NCBI GenBank assembly: GCA_035655535.1
Contig: DASRUH010000175.1
Coordinates: 1-34,179, forward strand
Origin: Candidatus Methylomirabilis sp.
GTDB taxonomy: Bacteria; Methylomirabilota; Methylomirabilia; Methylomirabilales; CSP1-5
Direction: 5' to 3'
Length of the DNA: 34,179 bases
Shown in pieces: positions 17,148 to 24,944 of the stretch; position 1 is the stretch's first letter, and every line of letters begins with the position of its first letter. The notes below the pieces were generated by a model. The model was given only the letters and a program-made list of their open reading frames with translations. It had not been told where the DNA came from and ran no database searches. The translations under genes were made by a program, and so were the position numbers.

Positions 17148-18113
17148 CTACTCACCCTGTGGGGATCGGAATACCCGGACGGGCGCCAAGACTGCGCGGC
17201 GAGGTTCCACCCGGGTGAAGTCCGCCGCCTCGATCAAGGCCGTCGCCAGCGACAAGAGTTGGCGCCGGAATCCGAGGACCCGGACCAGCGTCCCCTTCGT
17301 CACTTCCGGGGGCACCCCAACCACCTGTGCGGCGGTGACCGGCGACCCGTGCAGGATAAGGCGCGAGGCCTCAGGAAGAATCCGCACGGCCGGCAAATGG
17401 TCCAGGGCCTCCTCCACCGGGATGAGCAGCTCCTCTCCCCGGCCCGCCGCCACGCGTGTCTCGACCTGCTCGAGCGTGAGGGCATCCTTGAGCTCAAAAC
17501 GCCCCGCCCGAATCCGGACCAGGCCATACAGATGCGCCCCGCACCCCAGGGTCTTCCCCAGATCGTCCGCGAGCGCGCGGGCATACGTCCCCTTGCTGCA
17601 ATGCACCCACATCCCCACACAGGGAGGGTCGAAGGCCGTCAGGCGGATGGCGTAGATGTGCACCGTGACCGGCTCCCGGTCCACGGTCTCTCCCCGGCGG
17701 GCCAAGCGGTACAGACGCTCTCCCCGGACGCGCTTCGCCGAGAAGAGCGGGGGAACCTGCTGCACCTCTCCCACGAAACGGGGGAGCGCCGCTTCGACCT
17801 GGTCCCGGGTCACCCGGACTTCCGCCTCCCCGATGACCTTCCCGTCCGCGTCCTGCGTATCGGTGGTCACCCCGAGTCGCACGACCATTTCGTATTCCTT
17901 GTCGGCGGTCGTCAGGAACTGGGCGATCTTGGTGGCCCGGCCGACACAGATGGGGAGGACCCCGGTCCCCCGAGGGTCCAGCGTCCCGGTATGCCCGACC
18001 TTCCGGACGTGGTAGAGCCGGCGCACGACATCGACGACGTCATGAGACGTCATCCCAGCCGACTTGTTGATGTTGAGCACCCCGGAAATATCCCGGGCCT
18101 CAGCCTTTGCCAT
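17148..18113 (-). CDS. truB: tRNA pseudouridine(55) synthase
   Basis: The catalytic motif VGHTGTLDP is present. MAKAEARDISGVLNINKSAGMTSHDVV is a typical TruB N-terminus. The ATG at 18113 overlaps the nrnA end by 14 nt. The track extension to 18185 is unlikely to be real. Confidence 0.92.
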   Translation of the reverse strand: MAKAEARDISGVLNINKSAGMTSHDVVDVVRRLYHVRKVGHTGTLDPRGTGVLPICVGRATKIAQFLTTADKEYEMVVRLGVTTDTQDADGKVIGEAEVRVTRDQVEAALPRFVGEVQQVPPLFSAKRVRGERLYRLARRGETVDREPVTVHIYAIRLTAFDPPCVGMWVHCSKGTYARALADDLGKTLGCGAHLYGLVRIRAGRFELKDALTLEQVETRVAAGRGEELLIPVEEALDHLPAVRILPEASRLILHGSPVTAAQVVGVPPEVTKGTLVRVLGFRRQLLSLATALIEAADFTRVEPRRAVLAPVRVFRSPQGE

Positions 18114-19095
18114 CGCCGGACGCGCCCTGTGATCGGGAGACCACCCGACGGACCTCCGCGAAGATCCGCTCTCGGACCTCGGCAAGCGACCCGACTACCG
18201 TACACCCCGCGGCATTCTTGTGTCCCCCGCCGTGAAAAACGCTCGCGACAGCCGCGACATCAACCTCCCCTTTGGACCGGAGACTGATCCGCACCCCCTG
18301 CCCGACTTCCTCCCGCAACAGGAGGGCGACCTTAATGCCTCGGACGGAACGCGGATAGTTGATCAGGTCCTCAAGGGCATCGGTGGCCCCTTGCTGCTTG
18401 AGGACGTCCCGGGTCACTTCGACCCAGGCCACCGCCCCGTCGGAGGAGAGCTGCACACGGCTCAGGAGGGATCCAAGTAACCGCAGCTCCTCCACCTCGC
18501 GCTGATCGAAGAGGAGCCCCGCCACCTCGTGGGGGACCGCGCCGGCATCCACCAGCGCCGCCGCCACCCGGAGCGCCCGGGGAGTGGTGTTGGCGTAATG
18601 AAAGGAGCCGGTATCGGTCAGGATTGCGACGAACAGGTTGGTGGCCGCCTCCCGCGAGACGGGGACGCCCAACGCCTCGATCAGGTCGTAGATCATCTCC
18701 CCGGCGGCGGAGGCCTCGGGATCGACCCAGTTATACGTGCCAAAGCGGACGTTGCTGATGTGATGGTCGATATTGATCACCGGGCTTCCGGGCGGGAGAT
18801 CGCGGAGCAATCCTCCCACGCGACCGGGATCCGTGGCATCCACGACAAGAACCGCGTCAAACCGCCGCGGGAGCCGGTCCGCGCGGATCACCTCGGACGC
18901 CCCGGGCAGGGCGCGGAGGGTCTTCGGGACCGGGTCGGGATTGAAGGTGGCGACCTCCTTGCCCATCGCCTTCAGGGTGAGGTGGCAGGCCAGTGCCGCG
19001 CCCAAGGTGTCCCCCTCCGGGCGGACGTGCGAGAGGATGGCCACCGAGGCACTCTCCTTCAGGGCCGCCACGATCTGTGGCAGATCACGCGTCAT
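18100..19095 (-). CDS. nrnA: DHH/DHHA1 phosphoesterase, NrnA-like (oligoribonuclease / pAp phosphatase)
   Basis: The DHH motif (NIDHHISN) and the DHHA1 GGGH motif (FHGGGHKNAAG) are both present. The gene sits between rbfA and truB, as in many genomes. Confidence 0.85.
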   Translation of the reverse strand: MTRDLPQIVAALKESASVAILSHVRPEGDTLGAALACHLTLKAMGKEVATFNPDPVPKTLRALPGASEVIRADRLPRRFDAVLVVDATDPGRVGGLLRDLPPGSPVINIDHHISNVRFGTYNWVDPEASAAGEMIYDLIEALGVPVSREAATNLFVAILTDTGSFHYANTTPRALRVAAALVDAGAVPHEVAGLLFDQREVEELRLLGSLLSRVQLSSDGAVAWVEVTRDVLKQQGATDALEDLINYPRSVRGIKVALLLREEVGQGVRISLRSKGEVDVAAVASVFHGGGHKNAAGCTVVGSLAEVRERIFAEVRRVVSRSQGASGDGKG

Positions 19096-19441
19096 CCGGC
19101 CGGCCCTCCGTCTCCAAGGACTTGAGGATTCCTTGGATCCGCAAGCCCTGCTCCCACGTCTCGTCGATGCTGAAGCTCAGATCCGGGACGTGGCGGAGGT
19201 GCAGGCGGCGCCCGAGCGCGCCCCGGAGGAAGCCCCGGGCACTCTCCAGCCCCTCCAGGGTGCGCGCCTGTGGCTCGCCCGTCTCGTGCGTGACGACGTA
19301 CACCCGGGCGTGACGGAGATCGGCGCTGACCCGCACCCCGGTGATGGTGACGAACCCGATCCGCGGATCCCGGATATGGCGCAGGAGGAGCGCACTGATC
19401 TCCTCCTTCAAGAGATCGCCGACGCGCTCCGCTCGAGACAT
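19085..19441 (-). CDS. rbfA: ribosome-binding factor A
   Basis: MSRAERVGDLLKEEISALLLRHIRDPRIGFVTITGVRVSADLRHARVYV is RbfA-like. The start is either ATG 19441 or the upstream TTG at 19480, and the choice is uncertain. Confidence 0.88.
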   Translation of the reverse strand: MSRAERVGDLLKEEISALLLRHIRDPRIGFVTITGVRVSADLRHARVYVVTHETGEPQARTLEGLESARGFLRGALGRRLHLRHVPDLSFSIDETWEQGLRIQGILKSLETEGRPDDA

Positions 19442-19472
19442 GCCATCCGCCCCGCTGAGAGGTTCCTTCCCG

Positions 19473-19775
19473 TCAGGCAAAGCCGTCGCCGTGGACCATC
19501 ATATCGATGCTGTAGTCCACGAGGAGGGCCTGCCCGTGTCCTTCGACGTAATTCACGACCTTGTTGAGCATCTCATCCACCACGCGGCCCTCGTTGCTCA
19601 CGCAGGCCACGGCCAGCGTCGCCCGCTGCCACTCCTCGAGGTAGCCGACTTCGGCGATGGAGACGTTGAACCGGTTCTGCACCCGATCCTTGATGCTCCG
19701 CAGGATCTGCCGCTTGTCCTTGAGGGAGGCGGCCTCTGGGATCCTCAGTTCCAGCCGACAGGTGCCCACGACCAT
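19473..19775 (-). CDS. DUF503 (YlxP-like) protein
   Basis: CRLELRIPEAASLKDKRQILRSIKDRVQNRFNVSIAEVG matches the DUF503 pattern. Its position between infB and rbfA is conserved. The start (ATG 19775 or GTG 19808) is uncertain. Confidence 0.75.
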   Translation of the reverse strand: MVVGTCRLELRIPEAASLKDKRQILRSIKDRVQNRFNVSIAEVGYLEEWQRATLAVACVSNEGRVVDEMLNKVVNYVEGHGQALLVDYSIDMMVHGDGFA

Positions 19776-19826
19776 GGTCCATCCACTCCGTATCGAGCGG
19801 AGCGCCACGGATCTCGGATCCGCGGA

Positions 19827-22286
19827 TCATCCCGCACTATGCGTCGATTGCAGCTTGGGGGCGACCGTGACCAGCTCGTACACCTCGATCAGGTCCCCCA
19901 CCTTAATGTCGCTGAAGTTCAGGAGGCCGATGCCGCATTCGTAGCCACTCTGTACCTCCCGGACATCCTCCTTGAAGCGGCGCAGCGATGCGATCTTGCC
20001 CGGATGGATGACCCGCCCGTCGCGGACGAGGCGCATGAGCGCGTCCCGGAGCACCTTCCCCTCGCTCACGTAACAGCCGGCCACCGTCCCGAGCCGCGGG
20101 ACGCCGAACGTCGCGCGGACCTCGGCCCGGCCCATGATCCGCTCCGCATACTGCGGCTCCAGCATCCCTTCCATCGCCTCCTTGATCTCGCCGACGGCGT
20201 CGTAGATCACGCTGTGCATCCGCATCTCCACGCGCATGAGCTCGGCGAGCCGCTGCGCCTTCGGATCGGGGCGGACGGTGAAACCGAGGATGATGGCGTT
20301 GGAGGCGGAGGCGAGCATCACATCCGATTCGCTGACCCCACCCACGCCCGAGTGGATCACCCGCAGCTGGACCTCCGGCGTGCTCAACCGCTCCAGCGAC
20401 TCCTTGAGGGGCTCGATGGACCCCTGCACGTCTCCCTTCAGGACGATCCGGAGCTCCTTCACCTCCCCCGCCTTGATCCGCTGGTGCAGGTCCTCGAGCG
20501 TCAGGCGTCGGTGCGCGGCGAACGTATCGTCCCGCTGCTGCTGCCGGCGGACCAGCGCGATCTGCCGGGCCTTCCGCTCGTCCGGCACCGCGACGAGGGT
20601 ATCCCCCGGCGCGGGGACACCGGACAGCCCCAGGACCTCCACCGGGGTGGAGGGCCCTGCCTCCGCGACCTTGCGTCCCTTGTCGTTGATCAGGGCGCGG
20701 ACCCGACCGTACATGCTCCCCACCACGAAGACGTCCCCGACCCGGAGCGTCCCCTGTTGAATGAGGACGGTCGCCACCGGCCCGCGCCCCCGGTCGACCT
20801 TGGCCTCGATCACCACGCCCTTGGCCGGCTTGAAGGGGTTGACCTTCAGCTCCATGATCTCGGCCTGGAGGAGGGCCATCTCGAGGAGATGCGGGATGCC
20901 GATCCGCTTCTTGGCCGAGACCTCGGCGAAGATCGTCTGGCCGCCCCATTCTTCGGGGATCAACCCGTATTCCGCGAGCTGGTGCTTGACCCGGTTGGGG
21001 TCGGCGCCCGGCTTATCGATCTTGTTGACGGCCACGAGAATCGGCACGTTCGCGGCCTTCGCATGGTTGACGGCCTCGATGGTCTGGGGCATGACCCCAT
21101 CGTCGGCGGCCACGACCAGGACCACCACGTCGGTGACGTGGGCCCCGCGCGCCCGCATGGCGGTGAAGGCCTCGTGTCCCGGGGTATCGAGAAAGACCAC
21201 GCGGCCGCCCGGAAACTTCGTCCCGGGGTCGGGGGGCAGCTCCACCTCGTACGCCCCGATATGCTGCGTAATCCCGCCCACCTCTTCGGCCGTGACATCG
21301 GTCTGGCGGATGGCGTCCAGGAGCGAGGTCTTCCCGTGATCCACGTGTCCCATCACCGTCACCACGGGCGACCGGGGGCGGAGCTGCGTCGGGTCCTCGA
21401 CCTCCGCGAGGACCTCGTCCGCCTCCTCCACGGGCGTAATTTCCACATCGAAGCCCAGCTTATTTGCGAACTGCTTGACCAGCTCGGGGTTCAGGTTCTG
21501 GTTGACGGTGGCCATGATCCCCATCTTCATCAGTTTCTTGATGATTTCACTGGGGCTGACCGCGAGACGCTCGCTGAGCTCCTTTACCGTAATGGTCTCG
21601 GGAATCTTGACCACCTTGGGGACCGCAGGCGTCACCGCCTCCTGAGGCTCGGGCCGCTTCGGCGGCGCCTCGGGTGGCGCGACGACCGGTTTAGCGGTCA
21701 CCGGAGCCGGGCGCTCGACTGTGGGCGGCTTCTGTGCCGCCGGGCTCGGCTTTGCCGGAGCCGGCTTCGCCGCCACGGGAGGAGCCGGGCGAACGGCCTC
21801 AACGCGCGGACGCTCCGTCGGACGCGGCGCTATGGGCGGCGCCTCCCGCTTTGGGGGTGGGGCGGCAACTTCGCGCCGGGGCGGCGGAGCGGGCTCCGAC
21901 TTGACCGGTACCGCTGCCTTCTCCCCGGGCGGGGGCGGCGCCACCGGCTTCTTGCGCGGCTTCTCCTCGACGGGAACCGCCTTCGCCTTTGGCCGCACCT
22001 CGGGAGCCGGCTTGGTCGGCGCGGGTGCAGGCTTGGGCGCAGGCTTGGGCTCGGGAGCCGGCGTGGCCTTGGCGGCCGCCTCCGCTTTGGCCGGCCGCTT
22101 GTCCCCCTTCACTTTGTCTTTCTCTTTGGGCTCCTTGAGGGGCTCTCCCTTTACCAGGGCGGCCCGCGCTTTCCCTGCCTCCACCGAGCTACTCGGACTC
22201 TTGACCACAAACCCCGCCTTGGCCAGGCGCTCGACGGTCTCTTTGCTGGTCAGTCCCAGCTCTTTCGCCAGATCATATACGCGCAT
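19827..22286 (-). CDS. infB: translation initiation factor IF-2
   Basis: The N-terminus is [11 protein letters not shown], followed by a Pro/Ala/Lys-rich linker. The G domain carries [20 protein letters not shown] and NKID. The track start at 22352 adds 22 unlikely residues. Confidence 0.95.
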   Translation of the reverse strand: MRVYDLAKELGLTSKETVERLAKAGFVVKSPSSSVEAGKARAALVKGEPLKEPKEKDKVKGDKRPAKAEAAAKATPAPEPKPAPKPAPAPTKPAPEVRPKAKAVPVEEKPRKKPVAPPPPGEKAAVPVKSEPAPPPRREVAAPPPKREAPPIAPRPTERPRVEAVRPAPPVAAKPAPAKPSPAAQKPPTVERPAPVTAKPVVAPPEAPPKRPEPQEAVTPAVPKVVKIPETITVKELSERLAVSPSEIIKKLMKMGIMATVNQNLNPELVKQFANKLGFDVEITPVEEADEVLAEVEDPTQLRPRSPVVTVMGHVDHGKTSLLDAIRQTDVTAEEVGGITQHIGAYEVELPPDPGTKFPGGRVVFLDTPGHEAFTAMRARGAHVTDVVVLVVAADDGVMPQTIEAVNHAKAANVPILVAVNKIDKPGADPNRVKHQLAEYGLIPEEWGGQTIFAEVSAKKRIGIPHLLEMALLQAEIMELKVNPFKPAKGVVIEAKVDRGRGPVATVLIQQGTLRVGDVFVVGSMYGRVRALINDKGRKVAEAGPSTPVEVLGLSGVPAPGDTLVAVPDERKARQIALVRRQQQRDDTFAAHRRLTLEDLHQRIKAGEVKELRIVLKGDVQGSIEPLKESLERLSTPEVQLRVIHSGVGGVSESDVMLASASNAIILGFTVRPDPKAQRLAELMRVEMRMHSVIYDAVGEIKEAMEGMLEPQYAERIMGRAEVRATFGVPRLGTVAGCYVSEGKVLRDALMRLVRDGRVIHPGKIASLRRFKEDVREVQSGYECGIGLLNFSDIKVGDLIEVYELVTVAPKLQSTHSAG

Positions 22287-22941
22287 CTTCCCCACGCCGA
22301 CCACCTCCCGTCCCAGATCCCTCTGCGTCCCCGGACTCTCCCACCCCGGCACTCACGGACGCCCGCAAGCGCAGCCAGATGAGGATGCCGTCGGCGAACG
22401 CGCCATCCAAGAGGCCGATCACCTCTCGGGAGGGACCACCGAGCGCCAATGTCAGCTCGTCCCGCGACAGATCCGCCACCACAGGAATCCCCTTGCTCTC
22501 GGCCACAGCCTGAAGCTGCCGTCCTCCCCGCGGGGACATCTCGCGACCGAGCAGGACCAGGTGCACCCGACCTGCTTCAAGGGCGCGCGTCACCCCGCGC
22601 ACGCCTGCAACCACTCTCCGCGCCCTGTGGGCGAGACCCAAGAGGCGAAGGATCCTCTGCCCCACCGCCCGATGGATGGCCTCGCGAAGGTGCGCAACAC
22701 TGAGCGGTCCCAGATCCGCCTTCAGCACCTTCTGCAACGCCTTTCGCTTGATCACCGACTCCAGGCAGCGTGCGTCGAGACACAGATACGCCCCCCGGCC
22801 GTCGCCTCGCCCGAACTGGACCGTGAGGCCCGCGGGACCGGCACTGATCCGAACGAGTTCCCCCTGGCCCCGTTTGCGCCCGCATCCCACACACGTCCGG
22901 CCCGGGGCATCCGGTGGCTTGCGGACGACGCCAGCTTCCAC
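22273..22941 (-). CDS. YlxR (DUF448) RNA-binding domain fused to a YlxQ / L7Ae-like domain
   Basis: The N-terminal part [18 protein letters not shown]...GRGAYLC is DUF448-like. The C-terminal part [37 protein letters not shown]...IPVV resembles B. subtilis YlxQ. It is one continuous frame. The GTG start abuts the nusA stop, and the stop overlaps the infB start by 14 nt. Confidence 0.8.
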   Translation of the reverse strand: MEAGVVRKPPDAPGRTCVGCGRKRGQGELVRISAGPAGLTVQFGRGDGRGAYLCLDARCLESVIKRKALQKVLKADLGPLSVAHLREAIHRAVGQRILRLLGLAHRARRVVAGVRGVTRALEAGRVHLVLLGREMSPRGGRQLQAVAESKGIPVVADLSRDELTLALGGPSREVIGLLDGAFADGILIWLRLRASVSAGVGESGDAEGSGTGGGRRGEDARI

Positions 22942-24285
22942 CTAGGTGCTCTCCGGCTCGACGGGCTCCACCTCCGGCGGCACCCCCTCGGGCGAGGCAG
23001 CCGTGGCATCGGCCTCGGCCGCCGGCCCGGCTGCCATCTCCTGGATGGTTGCGAGGATCGTCGCGGCTGTCTTCTGCCCGACGCCCTTCACGCTCATGAG
23101 CTCCTCGGCGGAGGCCTGCCGGAGGCGCTCCAACGTGTTGAAGCCGGCCTCCACGAGGCGCGCGGCGGTCTTGGGCCCGATCCCGGACACCTGCGCCAGG
23201 CCTTCCATGGCCGCGCGGGCGCGCTGCGCCTTCTCCTCAGCCTCACGAGCCAACTCGGCGCGACTCTTGATGTCCACCTTCCAGCCGACGAGTTTGGCTG
23301 CCAGGCGCGCATTTTGCCCGCGTCTCCCGATGGCGAGGGAGAGCTGCTCGTCCGCCACCACGACATGGAGCGTCCGGGTCGCCTCGTTCACCACCACCGA
23401 CTCCACTTCTGCCGGCGCCAGCGCGCTCCGCACGAACTCGGCCGAGTTCTCCCGCCAGGGAATGATATCGATCTTCTCCCCGCCCAACTCGCGCACGATC
23501 ACCTGCACCCGAGAGCCCCGGTACCCCACGCACGCCCCGACCGGGTCCACGTTGCTGTCGCGGGAGACGACGGCGACCTTGGACCGCTCTCCCGGCTCGC
23601 GGGCCACGCCCTTGATCTCGACGATCCCCTCCTCGATCTCCGGAACTTCCACCTCGAAGAGGCGCATCAACATCCCCGGATGACTCCGGGAGAGCACGAC
23701 GGTGGCCCCCCGGTTCCCCTTCTTGACCTCGACGATGAAGGCACGAATCCGGTCGCCGGGTCGGTAATCCTCGCGCGGGAGTTGCTCCCGGGGCGGCAGG
23801 ATCGCCTCGGCCTTGCCCACGTTAACGATCACGTTGTCCTTCACCACACGCTGTACGATCCCGGTGAGCAGTTCTCCCTCGCGGTTCTTGAAGCTCTGAT
23901 AGACACTGTCCCGTTCCGCCTCCCGGACGCGCTGGATGATCACCTGCTTGGCGGTCTGCGCCGCGATCCGACCGAACCCGCGCGGTTGGACCTCGATCCG
24001 GAACTCGTCTCCGACATTTAGATCCGGCTGATGGCCCCTCGCCTCCTCGACCGTGATCTCGGCCCGGGGATTGGTCACCTCTTCAACGACCTTCATCACC
24101 GTATAGAGCACGAACCGCCCGGAGGCCTGATCGAAGTCGACCCGGATATCCGACAGCGTTCCCAGGGTCTTCCGCGAGGCCGACAGGATCGCGGCCCCCA
24201 CGGCGTCGATCAACACCTCCCGCCCGATCCCCTTCTCTCGTCCGATCTGCTCGATGACTTGGATCAGATTCACAGCCACCCTCAC
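22942..24285 (-). CDS. nusA: transcription termination/antitermination factor NusA
   Basis: The 447-aa ORF has an N-terminal domain, S1 and KH domains, and a C-terminal HhH region (GIGPKTAARLVEAGF..., VKGVGQKTA). Three in-frame GTG starts are possible (24285, 24279, 24273). The one at 24273 has the best SD spacing. Confidence 0.93.
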   Translation of the reverse strand: MRVAVNLIQVIEQIGREKGIGREVLIDAVGAAILSASRKTLGTLSDIRVDFDQASGRFVLYTVMKVVEEVTNPRAEITVEEARGHQPDLNVGDEFRIEVQPRGFGRIAAQTAKQVIIQRVREAERDSVYQSFKNREGELLTGIVQRVVKDNVIVNVGKAEAILPPREQLPREDYRPGDRIRAFIVEVKKGNRGATVVLSRSHPGMLMRLFEVEVPEIEEGIVEIKGVAREPGERSKVAVVSRDSNVDPVGACVGYRGSRVQVIVRELGGEKIDIIPWRENSAEFVRSALAPAEVESVVVNEATRTLHVVVADEQLSLAIGRRGQNARLAAKLVGWKVDIKSRAELAREAEEKAQRARAAMEGLAQVSGIGPKTAARLVEAGFNTLERLRQASAEELMSVKGVGQKTAATILATIQEMAAGPAAEADATAASPEGVPPEVEPVEPEST

Positions 24286-24289
24286 CTCG

Positions 24290-24377
24290 GTTCACAGTTC
24301 AGAGTTCACAGTTCACGGTCAGAAAGTCCACGGAGGCTTGCGCTTTTCCTGTGAACCGTGAACCGAGAACTGTGAAC
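24290..24377. repeat. inverted heptamer arrays in the rimP-nusA spacer
   Basis: The left arm is GTTCACA GTTCAGA GTTCACA GTTCACG (24290-24317). A ~32-nt spacer follows. The right arm is TGTGAAC CGTGAAC CGAGAAC TGTGAAC (24350-24377). TGTGAAC is the exact reverse complement of GTTCACA. Confidence 0.9.
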
Positions 24378-24380
24378 TGC

Positions 24381-24881
24381 TCAGAGTTCGACCTCCAGCC
24401 GCGCGCTGGCGATAGCCTGGAGCGGGATCAGCAGTGTCGGTCCATCCGCCTGCCGCAAGATCACCATGCCGTCCTGGTATCCTTCCAACCACCCGAGGAA
24501 CCGCCGCTGCCCGTTTAGTGGGGCGGCAGTCTGAATCCGGGCGAGCCGTCCCGCAAATCGCGTGAAATCCTGGGGGGACTTCAGCACACGGTCCAACCCG
24601 GGGGAGGAGATCTCCAGGGTGTATGGATGGTCGATAATCTCTTCCACGTCGAGCAGATCGGACAATTGCTCGCTCACCGCACCGCAGTCCTCGAGCGTGA
24701 TCCCCCCCGGCTTGTCCAGATACAGTCGCAGCACCCAGCCCCGTCCCTCCCGACGGAAGATCACATCGACGAGCTCCATGCCCTGGGCCTCCACCACCGG
24801 CAGGATCACGGATCGGACCCGCTCAATCACCTGGTCTCCGGTCGCCACCCTCCCCGTCCCCGAAAAGAAGAAAGTGGGCAT
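24381..24881 (-). CDS. rimP: ribosome maturation factor RimP
   Basis: The ORF is RimP-like (VIERVRSVILPVVEAQGMELVDV...) and lies upstream of nusA. I prefer the ATG at 24881 because a promoter-like motif lies inside the longer track ORF. Confidence 0.85.
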   Translation of the reverse strand: MPTFFFSGTGRVATGDQVIERVRSVILPVVEAQGMELVDVIFRREGRGWVLRLYLDKPGGITLEDCGAVSEQLSDLLDVEEIIDHPYTLEISSPGLDRVLKSPQDFTRFAGRLARIQTAAPLNGQRRFLGWLEGYQDGMVILRQADGPTLLIPLQAIASARLEVEL

Positions 24882-24903
24882 GGGCCCACTTTTCTCTCTG
24901 TGA

Positions 24904-24932
24904 CTTATACCACACCGTCGGGGGCAACGCAA
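24904..24932 (-). promoter_or_regulatory. candidate sigma70 promoter for rimP-nusA-infB
   Basis: In minus sense: TTGCGT (24932-24927), a 17-nt spacer, then TGgTATAAG (the -10 hexamer at 24909-24904 with an extended TG). It lies ~20 nt upstream of the rimP ATG. This is a pattern match only. Confidence 0.4.
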
Positions 24933-24944
24933 GGAGAATTTCCC

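Noticed and set aside
19341-22382. A very long plus-strand ORF (1013 aa). Similar ones lie at 24627-26963, 21721-24021, 7038-9143, 13755-15704, 5364-6890, 3910-5241, 28950-30500 and 10931-12388.
   Set aside because: Each lies antisense to a confidently identified minus-strand housekeeping gene. Their products are Arg/Pro/Gly/His/Asp-rich and low in complexity, with no recognisable motifs. In GC3-rich genes the antisense frames lack stop codons by chance.
24290-24377. GTTC/GAAC repeats considered as LexA (Cheo-box GAAC-N4-GTTC, or alphaproteobacterial GTTC-N7-GTTC) operator sites.
   Set aside because: The spacing here is GTTC-N3-GTTC (period 7) in direct arrays, which matches neither operator geometry. 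The location, inside an operon between rimP and nusA, is also not a promoter context.
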